The notes: a model not told the origin generated them from the letters alone. A DNA stretch of 64,000 nucleotides from Candidatus Magasanikiibacteriota bacterium (GCA_041665405.1 JBAYIZ010000003.1:2589-66588); one strand, 5' to 3'. Positions 28,347 through 39,628 are shown, counted from the first letter of the stretch. Made by a program: numbers and translations.

Positions 28347-28745
28347 ATGACACTCAAACAATATCTACTACTTATGGCTACCGGCACCATTATGTGTTGG
28401 GTGGCTTGGGTATTTATTCTATTCAACGTTTCACCAGAGCAAGCTGGTTGGATCGGATTCATATTTTTTTATACTAGTTTATTTTTGGGAACGGTTGGAA
28501 CTTTCTCAGTAATCGGTTTACTTTTGAAAAAACAAAAATCTAGCACCGATGACATTATTTTTCGTCAGGTAAAAAGAACATTCAAACAGGGGATATTATT
28601 TGGCATTTTTATTATCTTATCCCTGATACTTTTACAATTTAATTTATTATTTTGGTGGAACGCCGTTTTGTTGGCTTTGCTTTATATAGTTCTGGAGGGA
28701 GCGATAGTGTCCGGACGAAAATACAATAATCGTGATTATGTTTGA
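28347..28745 (+). CDS. hypothetical integral membrane protein
   Basis: 132 aa with four hydrophobic helices, directly upstream of mreB. Confidence 0.4.
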   Translation: MTLKQYLLLMATGTIMCWVAWVFILFNVSPEQAGWIGFIFFYTSLFLGTVGTFSVIGLLLKKQKSSTDDIIFRQVKRTFKQGILFGIFIILSLILLQFNLLFWWNAVLLALLYIVLEGAIVSGRKYNNRDYV

Positions 28746-29784
28746 TTCATTTTTTGATAGATTCAGAAAAGATTTGGGGATTGACTTGGGAACAGCCAAT
28801 ACTTTGATTTATGTAAAAAATCGCGGCATTGTTATCAATGAACCAAGTGTAGTGGCTATCAATACTCGTACTGAACAGATTCTGGCCGTGGGCAACCAGG
28901 CCAAAGAAATGGTGGGCAAAACTCCTCCTCATATTATTACTCCACGCCCATTGATGGGTGGCATCATCTCCGATTTTGAAGTAACTGAAAAAATGTTGCG
29001 CTATTTTTTGGACAAAATAAATGAAGATGAAAAAAATTTTTTATCTCGTCCTAGGGTAGTAATCGGCGTACCGCTAGAAATTACTGAAGTAGAAAGAAAA
29101 GCCGTGTCTGACGCCGCAACCAACGCTGGTGCCAAAGAAGTGTGGGTAGTAGAGGAACCGATGGCCGCTGCGATTGGCGCTCGTATGCCGGTGCGCGAAC
29201 CGGTTGGTAACTTGATTGTAGAAATCGGTGGTGGAACTTCTGAGATAGCTTTGATCTCTCTAAGTGGTGTAGTGAATTGGAAATCTATCAAAATTGCTGG
29301 CGATGAATTAAATCGCAACATCGTCCAATATGCTCGTGATGAATTCAATTTACTATTGGGTGAACGCCAAGCGGAAGATATAAAAATAAAAATTGGTTCA
29401 GCAATGGAATTGCCAGAGATGTTACAATATCCGATGCGTGGTCGCGATTTGTTGAGTGGTTTACCAAAAGAAATCATGATCAATGATTCTCAAGTACGTG
29501 AAGCGATAATCAAATCATTGCGATCCATCGTGGACAATGTCAAAGCTACTCTCGAAACTTCTCCTCCAGAATTAGTTGCCGATATCCACGAACGTGGTAT
29601 TTTGATTTCTGGCGGCGGCGCACTATTGCGCGGCATCGACAGACTCATTGCTAGAGCCGCAGAAATTCCAGTTCGCATTGCCGATGATCCACTCACTTCA
29701 GTAGTACGTGGCAACGGTATGTTGCTAGACGACATGGAATTACTAAAAGAAGTGGCTATCTTCTCTCCACTTCATAGACGATAA
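28732..29784 (+). CDS. mreB: rod shape-determining protein MreB
   Basis: Actin-fold phosphate-1 motif DLGTANTLIYV, ...VVIGVP..., ...IVEIGGGTSEIALISL.... 350 aa. Confidence 0.95.
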   Translation: MIMFDSFFDRFRKDLGIDLGTANTLIYVKNRGIVINEPSVVAINTRTEQILAVGNQAKEMVGKTPPHIITPRPLMGGIISDFEVTEKMLRYFLDKINEDEKNFLSRPRVVIGVPLEITEVERKAVSDAATNAGAKEVWVVEEPMAAAIGARMPVREPVGNLIVEIGGGTSEIALISLSGVVNWKSIKIAGDELNRNIVQYARDEFNLLLGERQAEDIKIKIGSAMELPEMLQYPMRGRDLLSGLPKEIMINDSQVREAIIKSLRSIVDNVKATLETSPPELVADIHERGILISGGGALLRGIDRLIARAAEIPVRIADDPLTSVVRGNGMLLDDMELLKEVAIFSPLHRR

Positions 29785-29787
29785 ATT

Positions 29788-30555
29788 ATGCAATATTACT
29801 CGTTCAAAAAAACCTATATCATGGTCATGGGCATATTTTTTTTAATAATCATATTGCATTTTTTAGGTGCTTTAAATTTTATTGAAAATAAATTAAGAAA
29901 TACTATTGTCATAGCTTTAAAACCAATTACACAAAAAATCCAAGGCAACATCAACACTGAAATTTGTACCAACGAAATTGCCTCATCTACACAAGACCAA
30001 TTTATAATAAAAAATAAAGTTCTCGAACAAGAAAATCTTGAATTAAAAAATCAACTAAATTTTAAAAACCGCAGTATTACAAAAATTATTACCGCCGAAA
30101 TTATTGCCAAGAATTTAGACACTACCAATCAGGCGATTGTTTTGAACAGGGGATCAGTAGACGGAATTAAAATTGACCAGCCAGTTATTTATGGTGATGG
30201 AATATTGATAGGCAAAATTATTCAAGTCGAAGAAAATATTTCATTCGCTAGAGTGCTCAGTGACAATCAAAGTAAAATTGCGGGTACGATTTTAAATGCC
30301 GATCACAGTCTGGGAATAATCGAAGGCGGATTTGGGCTAAGTATCAAAATGAATTTTATTCCGCGTAACGAAAACATCATTACCGGCGACCAAATTATTA
30401 CTTCCGGATTAGAAATGAATATGCCACGCGGTTTGATTATTGGTAAGGTAGCCGCTATCGAAAATGAATCATATCAACCATTTCAACAGGCAATTATTAC
30501 TCCAGCTATAAACTACGAAAAAATAACTTTCGTTGGCATACTGTCAAATCAATAA
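29788..30555 (+). CDS. mreC: rod shape-determining protein MreC
   Basis: N-terminal TM helix, coiled-coil (NKVLEQENLELKNQL), and a C-terminal beta-rich domain with ...DQPVIYGDGILIGKI.... Position after mreB. Confidence 0.8.
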   Translation: MQYYSFKKTYIMVMGIFFLIIILHFLGALNFIENKLRNTIVIALKPITQKIQGNINTEICTNEIASSTQDQFIIKNKVLEQENLELKNQLNFKNRSITKIITAEIIAKNLDTTNQAIVLNRGSVDGIKIDQPVIYGDGILIGKIIQVEENISFARVLSDNQSKIAGTILNADHSLGIIEGGFGLSIKMNFIPRNENIITGDQIITSGLEMNMPRGLIIGKVAAIENESYQPFQQAIITPAINYEKITFVGILSNQ

Positions 30556-31105
30556 TATGCAAATTAAAAATATAATTAATAAAATCTTGGTTTTTTTGTT
30601 TGCTAATGTATTGATACTACTACATTTATCTTGGCGTATTATATTTCATCAGCCAGTCAGTCTTTTTAATATTATCATGGCGGTTTTTCTTTGGTTGATA
30701 GTTTTAAATCCGCGACAACTATACATGTCCATAGTGCTATATACCTTGATAGTTTGCGAGCTGTTTTATACATCGCCGTTTGGAGTTGAAAGCTTTGCCC
30801 AAATATTTGCGCTATTATTGACCAACTGGTTATTATTAAATGTTTTTACCAATCGATCATTAGTGATTGTATTTTTTACTAGTTTAATAACCATGATAGT
30901 TTATAGAATAATATTTGTCATATTGCTTTATTTAAATTCCGTAATTCAAAATAGCACTACTTCGATTTCATCACAATATTTTAGTATTTTCCTAAATGAG
31001 GCATTGATTACCGCCATCACTCTATCGCTAATATATTTGGTATCTTCTTTATTTGTAAAACGTTTGCGTCCTGAATATATTCTAGAAACTTCACGAATGC
31101 TATGA
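30533..31105 (+). CDS. mreD: rod shape-determining protein MreD-like membrane protein
   Basis: 190-aa polytopic membrane protein between mreC and PBP2. Confidence 0.55.
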   Translation: MAYCQINNMQIKNIINKILVFLFANVLILLHLSWRIIFHQPVSLFNIIMAVFLWLIVLNPRQLYMSIVLYTLIVCELFYTSPFGVESFAQIFALLLTNWLLLNVFTNRSLVIVFFTSLITMIVYRIIFVILLYLNSVIQNSTTSISSQYFSIFLNEALITAITLSLIYLVSSLFVKRLRPEYILETSRML

Positions 31106-33081
31106 GTAATGATTTATTTGAAATTCAATCCGACAATCGTGAATGGCAAAAACTGGACGGGAAGTTCAAACATGATTGGGTTGAAGAAAATCTACATTTG
31201 GAAAAACCGTCTTCCAAACATACTACTACGATTGGAACACGCAAATATTTAGGAAAAAGTATTTTAAACAAACGTTTATTATTGTTTGTAATAATTTTAT
31301 TTCTAGCATTTGCAACAATACTTTGTAGAAGTTTTTATGCGCAGATTATAAGGGGAGATTACTACCGTGATCTCGCCGAAAGCAATCGTATCCGCATTCG
31401 TCCAATAGTTGCTGAGCGAGGAATTATTTTCGATCGGTTTGGCAAACAACTAGTACAAAACGTGCCAAATTTTTCTTTATCAATTGTTCCTCAGGATCTT
31501 CCACCAGATAAAAATAAAAGACAAGAAGTAATTTTTAAACTTGCATCCGTCTCTGGATTGACCGAAGAATATATTCAGGGACTACTTTTAAAATATAAAA
31601 ATTATAGCTACGAGTCTTTAGTGTTGAAAGACAATTTGGATTATGACACTTCACTAAAAATTTATATCGAAAGTACTCAAATGCCAGGTGTGTTGATTGA
31701 AGGTGGCACCAAACGAAATTATATTTATTCTAGTGATCAAAGTAACGTCAGTAGTACACTATCACTATCTCATGTCCTAGGATATTTGGGAAAATTGAAT
31801 GACCAAGAATTGACGGATAATCATGCGAAAGGTTATTTGGTGTCGGATAATATCGGTAAATCAGGGATCGAAAAAATTTACGAAACAGATTTGCGTGGCA
31901 CATACGGACGAAAAAAAATCGAAGTAAATGCCTCTGGTAGAGAGCAAGTGGCTGTGGCTCAAGAACCACCAACTCCTGGAAAAAATTTTTGGCTCACTAT
32001 TGATTTGGACGCACAAAACAAACTGGAACAACTGATAAAAAACTTTATTGCTACCAAAGGTGAACATAGAATTTCTGCGATTGCTATGGATCCTAGAAAT
32101 GGAGAAATCCTTGCCCTAGTGAGTTGGCCAAGTTTCGATAATAATCTTTTTTCTAATGGTATTTCACAAACAGATTACCAAATATATATAGACAATCCGA
32201 ATAATCCATTGTTCAACAGAGCGATCAGTGGAAATATTCCCTCTGGCTCTATTGTGAAACCGATAATTGCGGCGGCGGCATTGGAAGAAAATATCATCGA
32301 CGAAAAGAAATCATTTTTAAGTAACGGTGGTTTACAAGTAGGAAAGTGGTATTTTAAAGATTGGCAAGCGGGTGGTCACGGTATGACCAACGTTACCAAA
32401 GCACTAGCTTGGTCAGTAAATACTTTCTTTTATTATATTGGTGGTGGCTACGGCAACTTTACTGGGTTAGGTGTTAATAAAATGTTGGAATACATGCACA
32501 AGTTTAATTTGGCCAAAAAAACTGGCATTGATTTACCAAGTGAATCATCTGGATTTTTGCCGAGCAAAGAATGGAAGGAAACTACCAAGGGCGAACCGTG
32601 GTATGTCGGTGACACATATAATCTCTCTATCGGACAAGGTGATTTATTGGTCACTCCACTTCAGGCGGCCGTGTGGACTGCCGCGTTTGCCAACGGAGGG
32701 ACTATTGTTAAACCTCACATTGCAATGCAATTATCATTCAAAGATTCTGCTATGGAAAAATTTTATTTTACACCTAATAGTACAAACGTAGTTTCGAGTA
32801 AAACTATAAACATAGTACGCCAAGGCATGCGCGATTGTGTATTACTAGGCAGTTGCAAACTTTTACAAACCTTACCATTTACCTCAGCGGGCAAGACTGG
32901 AACGGCTCAATGGAACAGTTCCAAACCAGAACATGCTTGGTTTACTGCTTTTGCCCCCTATGAAAACCCACAGGTGGTCATTACTGTCCTAATAGAAGAG
33001 GGTGGACAGGGTTCTACTGTCAGTATGCCAATTGCCCGTGATTTCCTGAGCTGGTGGGGAAAACATTATTTGACACATTAA
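31102..33081 (+). CDS. mrdA: penicillin-binding protein 2 (peptidoglycan D,D-transpeptidase)
   Basis: N-terminal TM anchor and dimerisation domain. Transpeptidase motifs SGSIVKP (SxxK), SVN (SxN) and AGKTGTAQ (KTG). Lies in the mreBCD operon. Confidence 0.88.
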   Translation: MSNDLFEIQSDNREWQKLDGKFKHDWVEENLHLEKPSSKHTTTIGTRKYLGKSILNKRLLLFVIILFLAFATILCRSFYAQIIRGDYYRDLAESNRIRIRPIVAERGIIFDRFGKQLVQNVPNFSLSIVPQDLPPDKNKRQEVIFKLASVSGLTEEYIQGLLLKYKNYSYESLVLKDNLDYDTSLKIYIESTQMPGVLIEGGTKRNYIYSSDQSNVSSTLSLSHVLGYLGKLNDQELTDNHAKGYLVSDNIGKSGIEKIYETDLRGTYGRKKIEVNASGREQVAVAQEPPTPGKNFWLTIDLDAQNKLEQLIKNFIATKGEHRISAIAMDPRNGEILALVSWPSFDNNLFSNGISQTDYQIYIDNPNNPLFNRAISGNIPSGSIVKPIIAAAALEENIIDEKKSFLSNGGLQVGKWYFKDWQAGGHGMTNVTKALAWSVNTFFYYIGGGYGNFTGLGVNKMLEYMHKFNLAKKTGIDLPSESSGFLPSKEWKETTKGEPWYVGDTYNLSIGQGDLLVTPLQAAVWTAAFANGGTIVKPHIAMQLSFKDSAMEKFYFTPNSTNVVSSKTINIVRQGMRDCVLLGSCKLLQTLPFTSAGKTGTAQWNSSKPEHAWFTAFAPYENPQVVITVLIEEGGQGSTVSMPIARDFLSWWGKHYLTH

Positions 33082-33139
33082 TAATAAGTCTGTATCATAA
33101 TAGATACAAACTCCTTCCGAGTTTATTTTATTTTTCTAT

Positions 33140-33601
33140 ATGCAAAATGTACAATATTTGACCGAGGCCAGTTTAAAAAATTTAAAAACTGAACTGAAAA
33201 CACTCGAAGACAAAACTATTCCTGATATCGCCAAACGCATTGATGAGGCCAAACAACAAGGTGATCTTTCTGAAAATGCTGAGTACCACCAAGCCCGTGA
33301 AGATATGTCTTGGGCACAGGGGCGAGTAAAGGAATTAGAACACCTATTACAAAACTCTGAAATATTCCAAAAGAGTGTGGGTACTGATTCTGTTAGTATG
33401 GGAAGTACAGTGACAGTGAAAGTAAATGGCAAAATCAAAGAATATACTGTCGTTGGCCCTCAAGAAATCGACCCTCTCAAAGGCTTCATTTCGAACGAAT
33501 CTCCGCTAGGGCAAGCCTTTTTAAAACGCGAAGTCAAAGACAAAGTTGAGGTAATAACCCCAGCCGGAAAACAAGTCTACGAGATCATCTCTATCAAATA
33601 G
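33140..33601 (+). CDS. greA: transcription elongation factor GreA
   Basis: N-terminal coiled-coil (LTEASLKNLKTELKTLEDK...GDLSENAEYHQARED) and a C-terminal FKBP-like domain (GSTVTVKV...). 153 aa. Followed by a terminator hairpin at 33611-33637. Confidence 0.9.
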   Translation: MQNVQYLTEASLKNLKTELKTLEDKTIPDIAKRIDEAKQQGDLSENAEYHQAREDMSWAQGRVKELEHLLQNSEIFQKSVGTDSVSMGSTVTVKVNGKIKEYTVVGPQEIDPLKGFISNESPLGQAFLKREVKDKVEVITPAGKQVYEIISIK

Positions 33602-33610
33602 TACTACAAC

Positions 33611-33637
33611 CCCAGATATAAACTGGGGTTTTTTGAC
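33611..33637 (+). terminator. rho-independent terminator after greA
   Basis: AACCCCAGatataaaCTGGGGTT followed by TTTTT. Confidence 0.7.
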
Positions 33638-33684
33638 TTTTCAGGTAAAAAGTGCTACAATCAACCAGTTATATCACTATTTTT

Positions 33685-35145
33685 ATGACCGAAGAAATAA
33701 ATGAGTACGAAACCCGTTTGGGACGTCTAAAAACAATCAAGGAAAGTGGCATTGAGCCATATCCAGCCAAGAGTGAAAAGGGTATCCCTTTGGCTACTGC
33801 CAAAACTATGGCTGTAGATGAACCTATCCAAACTAGCGGTCGTCTGATCGCTATCCGTGATATGGGAAAGCTCTGTTTTTCTCACCTCAAGGACGCTTCT
33901 GGAAGAATGCAACTGGCTATTTCTGAGAAGGAACTAGGAAAAGAAAAATACAAATTTTTTGTTAAAAACTTTGATTTGGGAGATTTTATTTCGGTCGAAG
34001 GAAATATTTTTGTTACTCATGCTGGTGAAACATCTATTTTGGTTAAGAATTATACTCTGCTTTCCAAAGCACTGTTGCCATTGCCAGAAAAGTTTCATGG
34101 CCTTAGTGATATAGAACAACGCTACCGCAAACGTTATTTGGATTTATTGTCTAATGAAGATTCAATGGCCATCGCGAAAATCCGCAGTAACGTGGTAAGA
34201 GAAATCCGTAATTATTTTGATGGACTGGGTTTTTTTGAAGTTGAGACTCCGGTTTTACAAACATTATATGGCGGTGCCTTGGCCAAACCTTTTGTTACTC
34301 ATCACAACGCCTTAGATATTGATTTATTTTTGCGCATTGCACCAGAATTATATTTGAAAAGATTGATTGTGGGTGGATTTGAAAAAGTATATGAGATTGC
34401 CAAATGTTTCCGTAACGAAGGTATAGACAACAACCACAATCCAGAGTTTACTCAGATCGAATTTTATTGGGCTTATGCAGATTATACGAAGCTCATGGAT
34501 TTGATGGAAGATTTATTGCCACGATTGATTAAAGCCGCTGGCAAAGAACTCAAACTCAACATTGGTGGCCAAGAAATTGATTTTACCGGTCCATATCCAC
34601 GCGTTTCTATGCGTGACTTGATAAAACAATACGCCAAAATTGACATTGAAGATTATCCAGATGATGAATCCATGTATAAGAAAGCGATTGAACTGAAAGT
34701 AGAGGATGTCAAACCAGGTACTGGACGCGGAAAATTGATTGATGAAATTTATAAAGTATACGCTCGACCAAACATTACCAATCCGATTTTCATGATTGAT
34801 CACCCAGTGGAATTATCTCCATTGGCAAAAAAGAAAACTTCTGACCCGCGCTATGTCGAGAGATTCCAATTGTTATGTGTTGGTGGAAACGAATTGTGTA
34901 ATGCTTTTTCTGAGTTAAATGATCCACTCGACCAAGAAGAACGTTTCAAAGAACAAGCACGTTTGGAGGCGGCTGGCGATGAGGAAAGTATGCCATATGA
35001 TGATGACTTCATTACTGCATTAAAACACGGTATGCCGCCAACTGGTGGGCTTGGGATGGGTATTGATCGTTTGATAAAACTGCTCGTGGATACAGACAAT
35101 CTCAAAGAAGTAATTCTGTTTCCAACCATGCGACCAGAAAAATAA
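33685..35145 (+). CDS. lysS: lysine--tRNA ligase (class II)
   Basis: Class II motifs: motif 2 ...FRNEGIDNNHNPEFTQIEFYWAY..., motif 3 ...GGLGMGIDRLIKLL.... N-terminal OB fold. Start taken at the internal ATG (MTEEINEY). Confidence 0.93.
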   Translation: MTEEINEYETRLGRLKTIKESGIEPYPAKSEKGIPLATAKTMAVDEPIQTSGRLIAIRDMGKLCFSHLKDASGRMQLAISEKELGKEKYKFFVKNFDLGDFISVEGNIFVTHAGETSILVKNYTLLSKALLPLPEKFHGLSDIEQRYRKRYLDLLSNEDSMAIAKIRSNVVREIRNYFDGLGFFEVETPVLQTLYGGALAKPFVTHHNALDIDLFLRIAPELYLKRLIVGGFEKVYEIAKCFRNEGIDNNHNPEFTQIEFYWAYADYTKLMDLMEDLLPRLIKAAGKELKLNIGGQEIDFTGPYPRVSMRDLIKQYAKIDIEDYPDDESMYKKAIELKVEDVKPGTGRGKLIDEIYKVYARPNITNPIFMIDHPVELSPLAKKKTSDPRYVERFQLLCVGGNELCNAFSELNDPLDQEERFKEQARLEAAGDEESMPYDDDFITALKHGMPPTGGLGMGIDRLIKLLVDTDNLKEVILFPTMRPEK

Positions 35146-35147
35146 GT

Positions 35148-35543
35148 ATGTCAAAAGTAATGGTATTTGGAACATTTGATATTCTTCATCCGGGACATCT
35201 ATACTTTCTAACGCAAGCCAAGAAATCCGGAAGTTTTTTAACAGTGTTAATCGCTCGTGATCAGACGGTTCTCGAAGTAAAAGGAAAACTGCCTCAACAT
35301 GACGAGGCTACTAGATTCAAAAATATTTCTGACCTGAAAATCGCTGACAGGGTTGTGCTAGGAAATCTAGATGATAAATATCAAATTATAAAGGATGAAA
35401 AACCAGATATTATTGCGCTGGGATATGACCAACGCGCTTTTACTGATAAGCTGGCCGACATATTGGACAAGAAAGTAAAAATAATAAAAATAAAACCATT
35501 CAAAGAGGATATTTATAAAAGTTCAAAATTGCGGAACAAATAA
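35148..35543 (+). CDS. cytidylyl/adenylyltransferase-like (HxGH nucleotidyltransferase) family protein
   Basis: FGTFDILHPGHLYFL carries the (T/H)xGH motif of the TagD/RibL/NadD-like superfamily. 131 aa. Confidence 0.6.
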   Translation: MSKVMVFGTFDILHPGHLYFLTQAKKSGSFLTVLIARDQTVLEVKGKLPQHDEATRFKNISDLKIADRVVLGNLDDKYQIIKDEKPDIIALGYDQRAFTDKLADILDKKVKIIKIKPFKEDIYKSSKLRNK

Positions 35544-35549
35544 TAAGTT

Positions 35550-36569
35550 ATGCAAAAAGTTTTGATTGCTACAACTAATCCAGGAAAATTTGGCGAAATC
35601 GTTAGCTATTTTAGCGATTTGAGTTTTAAATTTGTGAATTTGAAAGATGTTGGATTGGATAAGGTTGAAGCAGAAGAACCATTTGATACAACTTGGGAAA
35701 ACGCCTTGAATAAGGCAAAATTCTACGCCAAAAAAAGCGGACTACTGACTGTGGCTGAAGATACTGCATTTTATGTTAATCATCTTAAAGGAATGCCGGG
35801 CATTAAAGCCAAACGATTTGCCCTGACTCCTGAGGCGCGCAATGAAAAAATTCTCAAACTACTAAAAGGTATACCAACCTCAAAACGTGACGCCTATTTT
35901 GAAACACATGCTTGCGTATACCATCCAGATACTGACGTCTTTGCAGTTTTTCCAGGTAGAGTAGATGGTTTAATTTCAGAAAAAAGTATTTGCGATTTCA
36001 GAAAAGGAATGAACTATGATTGTGTTTTTTATTACCCACCATTAAAAAAGAATTTTTCTGAACTTACAATTGCTGAGAAAAATATTGTCAGTCACCGAGG
36101 ATTGGCAATATCAAAAGTTAGATTCTATTTTGCCAAACAATTCTCTTTCAGACAAATGATTGTGCCGGCGGCCATTATTATAAAAGATAAAAAACTTTTT
36201 TTTACTAAACGACGCGATATTCGCAAAGATTTTAACAACAAATGGGAATTTCCTGGCGGGGGAGTAGATAGGGGAGAATCCATTATAAACTGCTTAAAAC
36301 GCGAGGTAAAAGAAGAAACAGGCTTTGACATTGAACCTGTTGAATTATTACCAGAGATAATGACTCGTGTAGAAAATAAATTCAACTACCAAGTGTTCTT
36401 ACCAATATATATTTGTAAAATCACATCGGGAAAGATCAATATTGCTGATAATGAAACCGCCGATTATGGCTGGTTCACTTTGCAGGAATCCTTGAAACTA
36501 GATTTTTTACCATTGAACAAAGAAATTATTCAACAACATAAAAACATTTTGAAAAAATATTTAGAATAA
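35550..36569 (+). CDS. fusion of non-canonical purine NTP pyrophosphatase (RdgB/HAM1) and Nudix hydrolase
   Basis: N-terminal HAM1 motifs KVLIATTNPGKFGEI, ...WENALNKA..., ...EDTAFYVNHLKGMPGIKAKRF. The C-terminal Nudix box reads GGGVDRGESIINCLKREVKEETGF. Confidence 0.75.
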   Translation: MQKVLIATTNPGKFGEIVSYFSDLSFKFVNLKDVGLDKVEAEEPFDTTWENALNKAKFYAKKSGLLTVAEDTAFYVNHLKGMPGIKAKRFALTPEARNEKILKLLKGIPTSKRDAYFETHACVYHPDTDVFAVFPGRVDGLISEKSICDFRKGMNYDCVFYYPPLKKNFSELTIAEKNIVSHRGLAISKVRFYFAKQFSFRQMIVPAAIIIKDKKLFFTKRRDIRKDFNNKWEFPGGGVDRGESIINCLKREVKEETGFDIEPVELLPEIMTRVENKFNYQVFLPIYICKITSGKINIADNETADYGWFTLQESLKLDFLPLNKEIIQQHKNILKKYLE

Positions 36570-36573
36570 ACAT

Positions 36574-37809
36574 ATGTTAGATATAAAATTTATTCGAGAA
36601 AACATCAAACTAGTAAAACAAAATTGCATCAATCGAAAAGTCAAAATCGATTTTGATAAGTTGTTGCAAACAGATGAACAGCGCCGTACTCTGCTAAAAA
36701 AAGTAGAAGAATTGCGCGCTACTCGAAATCAAAAATCAAAAGGCAAACCTACCGAAGAAGAAATCGCTCAGATGCGTTCAGTCGGTGATAGTATCAAGGA
36801 AATTGAATCTGAATTAGAAACTGTCGAGCTTGAATACAAAAATTATCTGATGGCAATTCCGAATCTAACACATCCAGATAGCCCAGTAGGTGACGAAAAG
36901 GATTACAAAGTTGTCTTTCAAAGTAAAAAACCTTTTAAATTAAACTTTACTCCAAAGGATCATGAAGAATTATTGATTCAAAAAGACCTAATAGATTTTG
37001 AGCGGGGGACAAAGGTGTCCGGGGCAAAATTCTATTTTACAAAAAATAATCTAGTGCGATTAAACCAAGCGTTGATAAATTATGGAATAGACGTGGTCAC
37101 CAAACACGGATTTACTCTGATGGAAACTCCGGATTTGGCCAAAAATGAAATACTCACAGGCGTTGGATTCAATCCACGAGGAAATGAAACACAAATATAT
37201 TCCATCGAAAATACTGACCTTAGTCTTATTGGAACGGCCGAAATTACTATGGGAGGATATCACGCCGATGAGGTATTGGATCTAAATGAAGGTCAAAAGA
37301 AATACCTAGCAATTTCCCATTGTTTCCGTACTGAGGCAGGGGCCTATGGACGCACCAACAAAGGATTGTACCGTGTTCATCAGTTCACCAAGTTAGAAAT
37401 GTTTATTTATTGCAAACCGGAAGAAAGTGAAAAGTTACATCAAGAAGTTTTGGACATTGAAAAGGAAATCATCGAAGGACTGGGATTGAATTACCGAGTG
37501 ATAGACATTCCTTCTGGAGATTTGGGTGGCCCAGCTTATCGCAAATACGATCTTGAAGCCTGGATGACAATGAATGATGGCTTTGGAGAAATTACCAGCT
37601 GTAGCAACTGTACCGATTATCAATCACGCCGATTAAACATTAAATACCGCAAAGACAATGGTGAAACCGAGCTGGTGCACACGCTCAATGGTACCGCCGT
37701 CGTGCTCAGTCGTTTCCCCATAGCGATTGTAGAACAATATCAACAAGCGGATGGATCGATTTTAATTCCTAAAGTACTGCAACCTTATTGCGGCTTTGAA
37801 AGACTATAA
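36574..37809 (+). CDS. serS: serine--tRNA ligase
   Basis: N-terminal coiled-coil arm. Class II motifs ...HCFRTEAGAYGRTNKGLYRVHQFTKLE... and ...LNGTAVVLSRFPIAIVEQYQ.... Confidence 0.92.
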   Translation: MLDIKFIRENIKLVKQNCINRKVKIDFDKLLQTDEQRRTLLKKVEELRATRNQKSKGKPTEEEIAQMRSVGDSIKEIESELETVELEYKNYLMAIPNLTHPDSPVGDEKDYKVVFQSKKPFKLNFTPKDHEELLIQKDLIDFERGTKVSGAKFYFTKNNLVRLNQALINYGIDVVTKHGFTLMETPDLAKNEILTGVGFNPRGNETQIYSIENTDLSLIGTAEITMGGYHADEVLDLNEGQKKYLAISHCFRTEAGAYGRTNKGLYRVHQFTKLEMFIYCKPEESEKLHQEVLDIEKEIIEGLGLNYRVIDIPSGDLGGPAYRKYDLEAWMTMNDGFGEITSCSNCTDYQSRRLNIKYRKDNGETELVHTLNGTAVVLSRFPIAIVEQYQQADGSILIPKVLQPYCGFERL

Positions 37810-37815
37810 TTATTT

Positions 37816-39627
37816 ATGCAGAAAATCAGAAATATTGCCATCATCGCTCACGTTGATCACGGAAAAACAACATTGGTAGATGCTCTATTGCACCAGGCAA
37901 AAACAAAATTTAGTAAAGACACCATCGACCAGATTTGTGTTATGGATAGTAACGACCTTGAAAAAGAACGCGGCATTACTATTTTTTCCAAAAACGCTTC
38001 CGTGCGTTGGGGTGATCATAAAGTAAATATTATTGATACTCCAGGACATGCCGACTTCGGCGGAGAAGTGGAGCGCGTTTTGACTATGGCCGACGGCTGT
38101 TTACTTTTGGTTGATGCCAAGGAAGGTCCGATGCCGCAAACTCGTTTCGTACTCAAAAAAGCATTGGAGATGAAGCTGAAGGTAATCGTAGTAATAAATA
38201 AAATTGACAAACCAGATGCTCGTTGTGCTTACGCACTCGATAAAACTTTTGATTTGTTTTTGGAATTGGGTGCTGATGATGAAACTGCCAGCTTCCCAGT
38301 TATCTACGCTAGTGCCAAACAAGGTTTAGCAGGATTAGAACCAGACCTGAGTAAAATGACTGACGTCAGTCCATTATTTGATACTGTTTTAAGTTATATT
38401 CCAGAACCAAGTGGAGACGCTGAGAAACCATTACAGATGCTTATTACCACATTATCTGCCGATAACTATAAAGGGCGTATTGCTACTGGAAAATTATTGA
38501 ACGGCCGTATGAAAGCCAACCAAGAAGTGGCACGCATTCGTCGTGATGGTACTATTTCGAAACATCGGATTGTCGCTTTGATGACATTTGAAGGATTGGA
38601 CCGTTGTACTACAGAAGATGCTGAGGCAGGGGACATTGTCGCCATTGCCGGTATTACGGATGGTATGATCGGAGAAACTATTGCAGATCCAATCAATCCA
38701 ATCGCCTTACCGATTTTAAAAATTGAAGAACCAACTGTAAAGATGACCTTCATGGTCAATGATTCTCCATTTGCTGGGAAAGAAGGTCAGTTTACCACTT
38801 CTCGTCAAATCAATGAAAGACTTTTCAAAGAACTGGAAACTGACATGGCGTTGAGGATTGTAAATGGTGATAATAATGATTGGATCGTGTCTGGAAGAGG
38901 GGAATTGCATTTGGCTATTTTGATCGAACGTTTACGTCGTGAAGGTTATGAGATTCAAGTGTCTCGCCCACAAGTAATCGTAAAGGAAATCGATGGACAA
39001 AAAATGGTACCTTTTGAAACTGTTTATATCGAAGCACCAGAATTTGCTTCTGGATCAGTGATTCAAAAACTTGGCTCCCGCCATGGTTTGATGCAACATA
39101 TGAATGTGGAAAATGGTATCATCTTTGCTGAGTTCTTGATTCCAACTCGTGGTTTGTTTGGATATCGTACTGAATTTTTGACCGACACCAAAGGCTCCGG
39201 CATTATCAACACTATCTTCAATGGCTATTATCCAGATCCAGGAAATTGGAACGAACGCGATCAGGGATCTCTGGTGGCTCACGAAACTGGTATTACCAAT
39301 CTATATGGATTGTTAAACGCTCAAGAGAGAGGCTCATTGTTCTTAGGACCAGCAATTAATGTTTATTCCGGACAAGTTGTTGGTCAACATGCCCGCACTG
39401 GTGATCTGCGAGTAAACGTATGTAAAACCAAAGCCTTATCGAATATGCGTTCCAAGGGTGATGGCGTATCCGAACATTTCAATACTCCAAAAATCATGGA
39501 CTTGGAAGATGCCTTGGAATATATTGGTGATGATGAATTGGTAGAAATTACTCCAAAAACTATCCGCCTACGCAAAAAAATATTAAGCGAAAGTGAAGCT
39601 CGTAAAAAATTGTTGGGTATAAAATAA
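37816..39627 (+). CDS. typA: translational GTPase TypA/BipA
   Basis: G1 [11 protein letters not shown]3 DTPGHADF, G4 NKID. Domain order and the C-terminal region are typical of BipA. 603 aa. Confidence 0.93.
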   Translation: MQKIRNIAIIAHVDHGKTTLVDALLHQAKTKFSKDTIDQICVMDSNDLEKERGITIFSKNASVRWGDHKVNIIDTPGHADFGGEVERVLTMADGCLLLVDAKEGPMPQTRFVLKKALEMKLKVIVVINKIDKPDARCAYALDKTFDLFLELGADDETASFPVIYASAKQGLAGLEPDLSKMTDVSPLFDTVLSYIPEPSGDAEKPLQMLITTLSADNYKGRIATGKLLNGRMKANQEVARIRRDGTISKHRIVALMTFEGLDRCTTEDAEAGDIVAIAGITDGMIGETIADPINPIALPILKIEEPTVKMTFMVNDSPFAGKEGQFTTSRQINERLFKELETDMALRIVNGDNNDWIVSGRGELHLAILIERLRREGYEIQVSRPQVIVKEIDGQKMVPFETVYIEAPEFASGSVIQKLGSRHGLMQHMNVENGIIFAEFLIPTRGLFGYRTEFLTDTKGSGIINTIFNGYYPDPGNWNERDQGSLVAHETGITNLYGLLNAQERGSLFLGPAINVYSGQVVGQHARTGDLRVNVCKTKALSNMRSKGDGVSEHFNTPKIMDLEDALEYIGDDELVEITPKTIRLRKKILSESEARKKLLGIK

Positions 39628-39628
39628 T

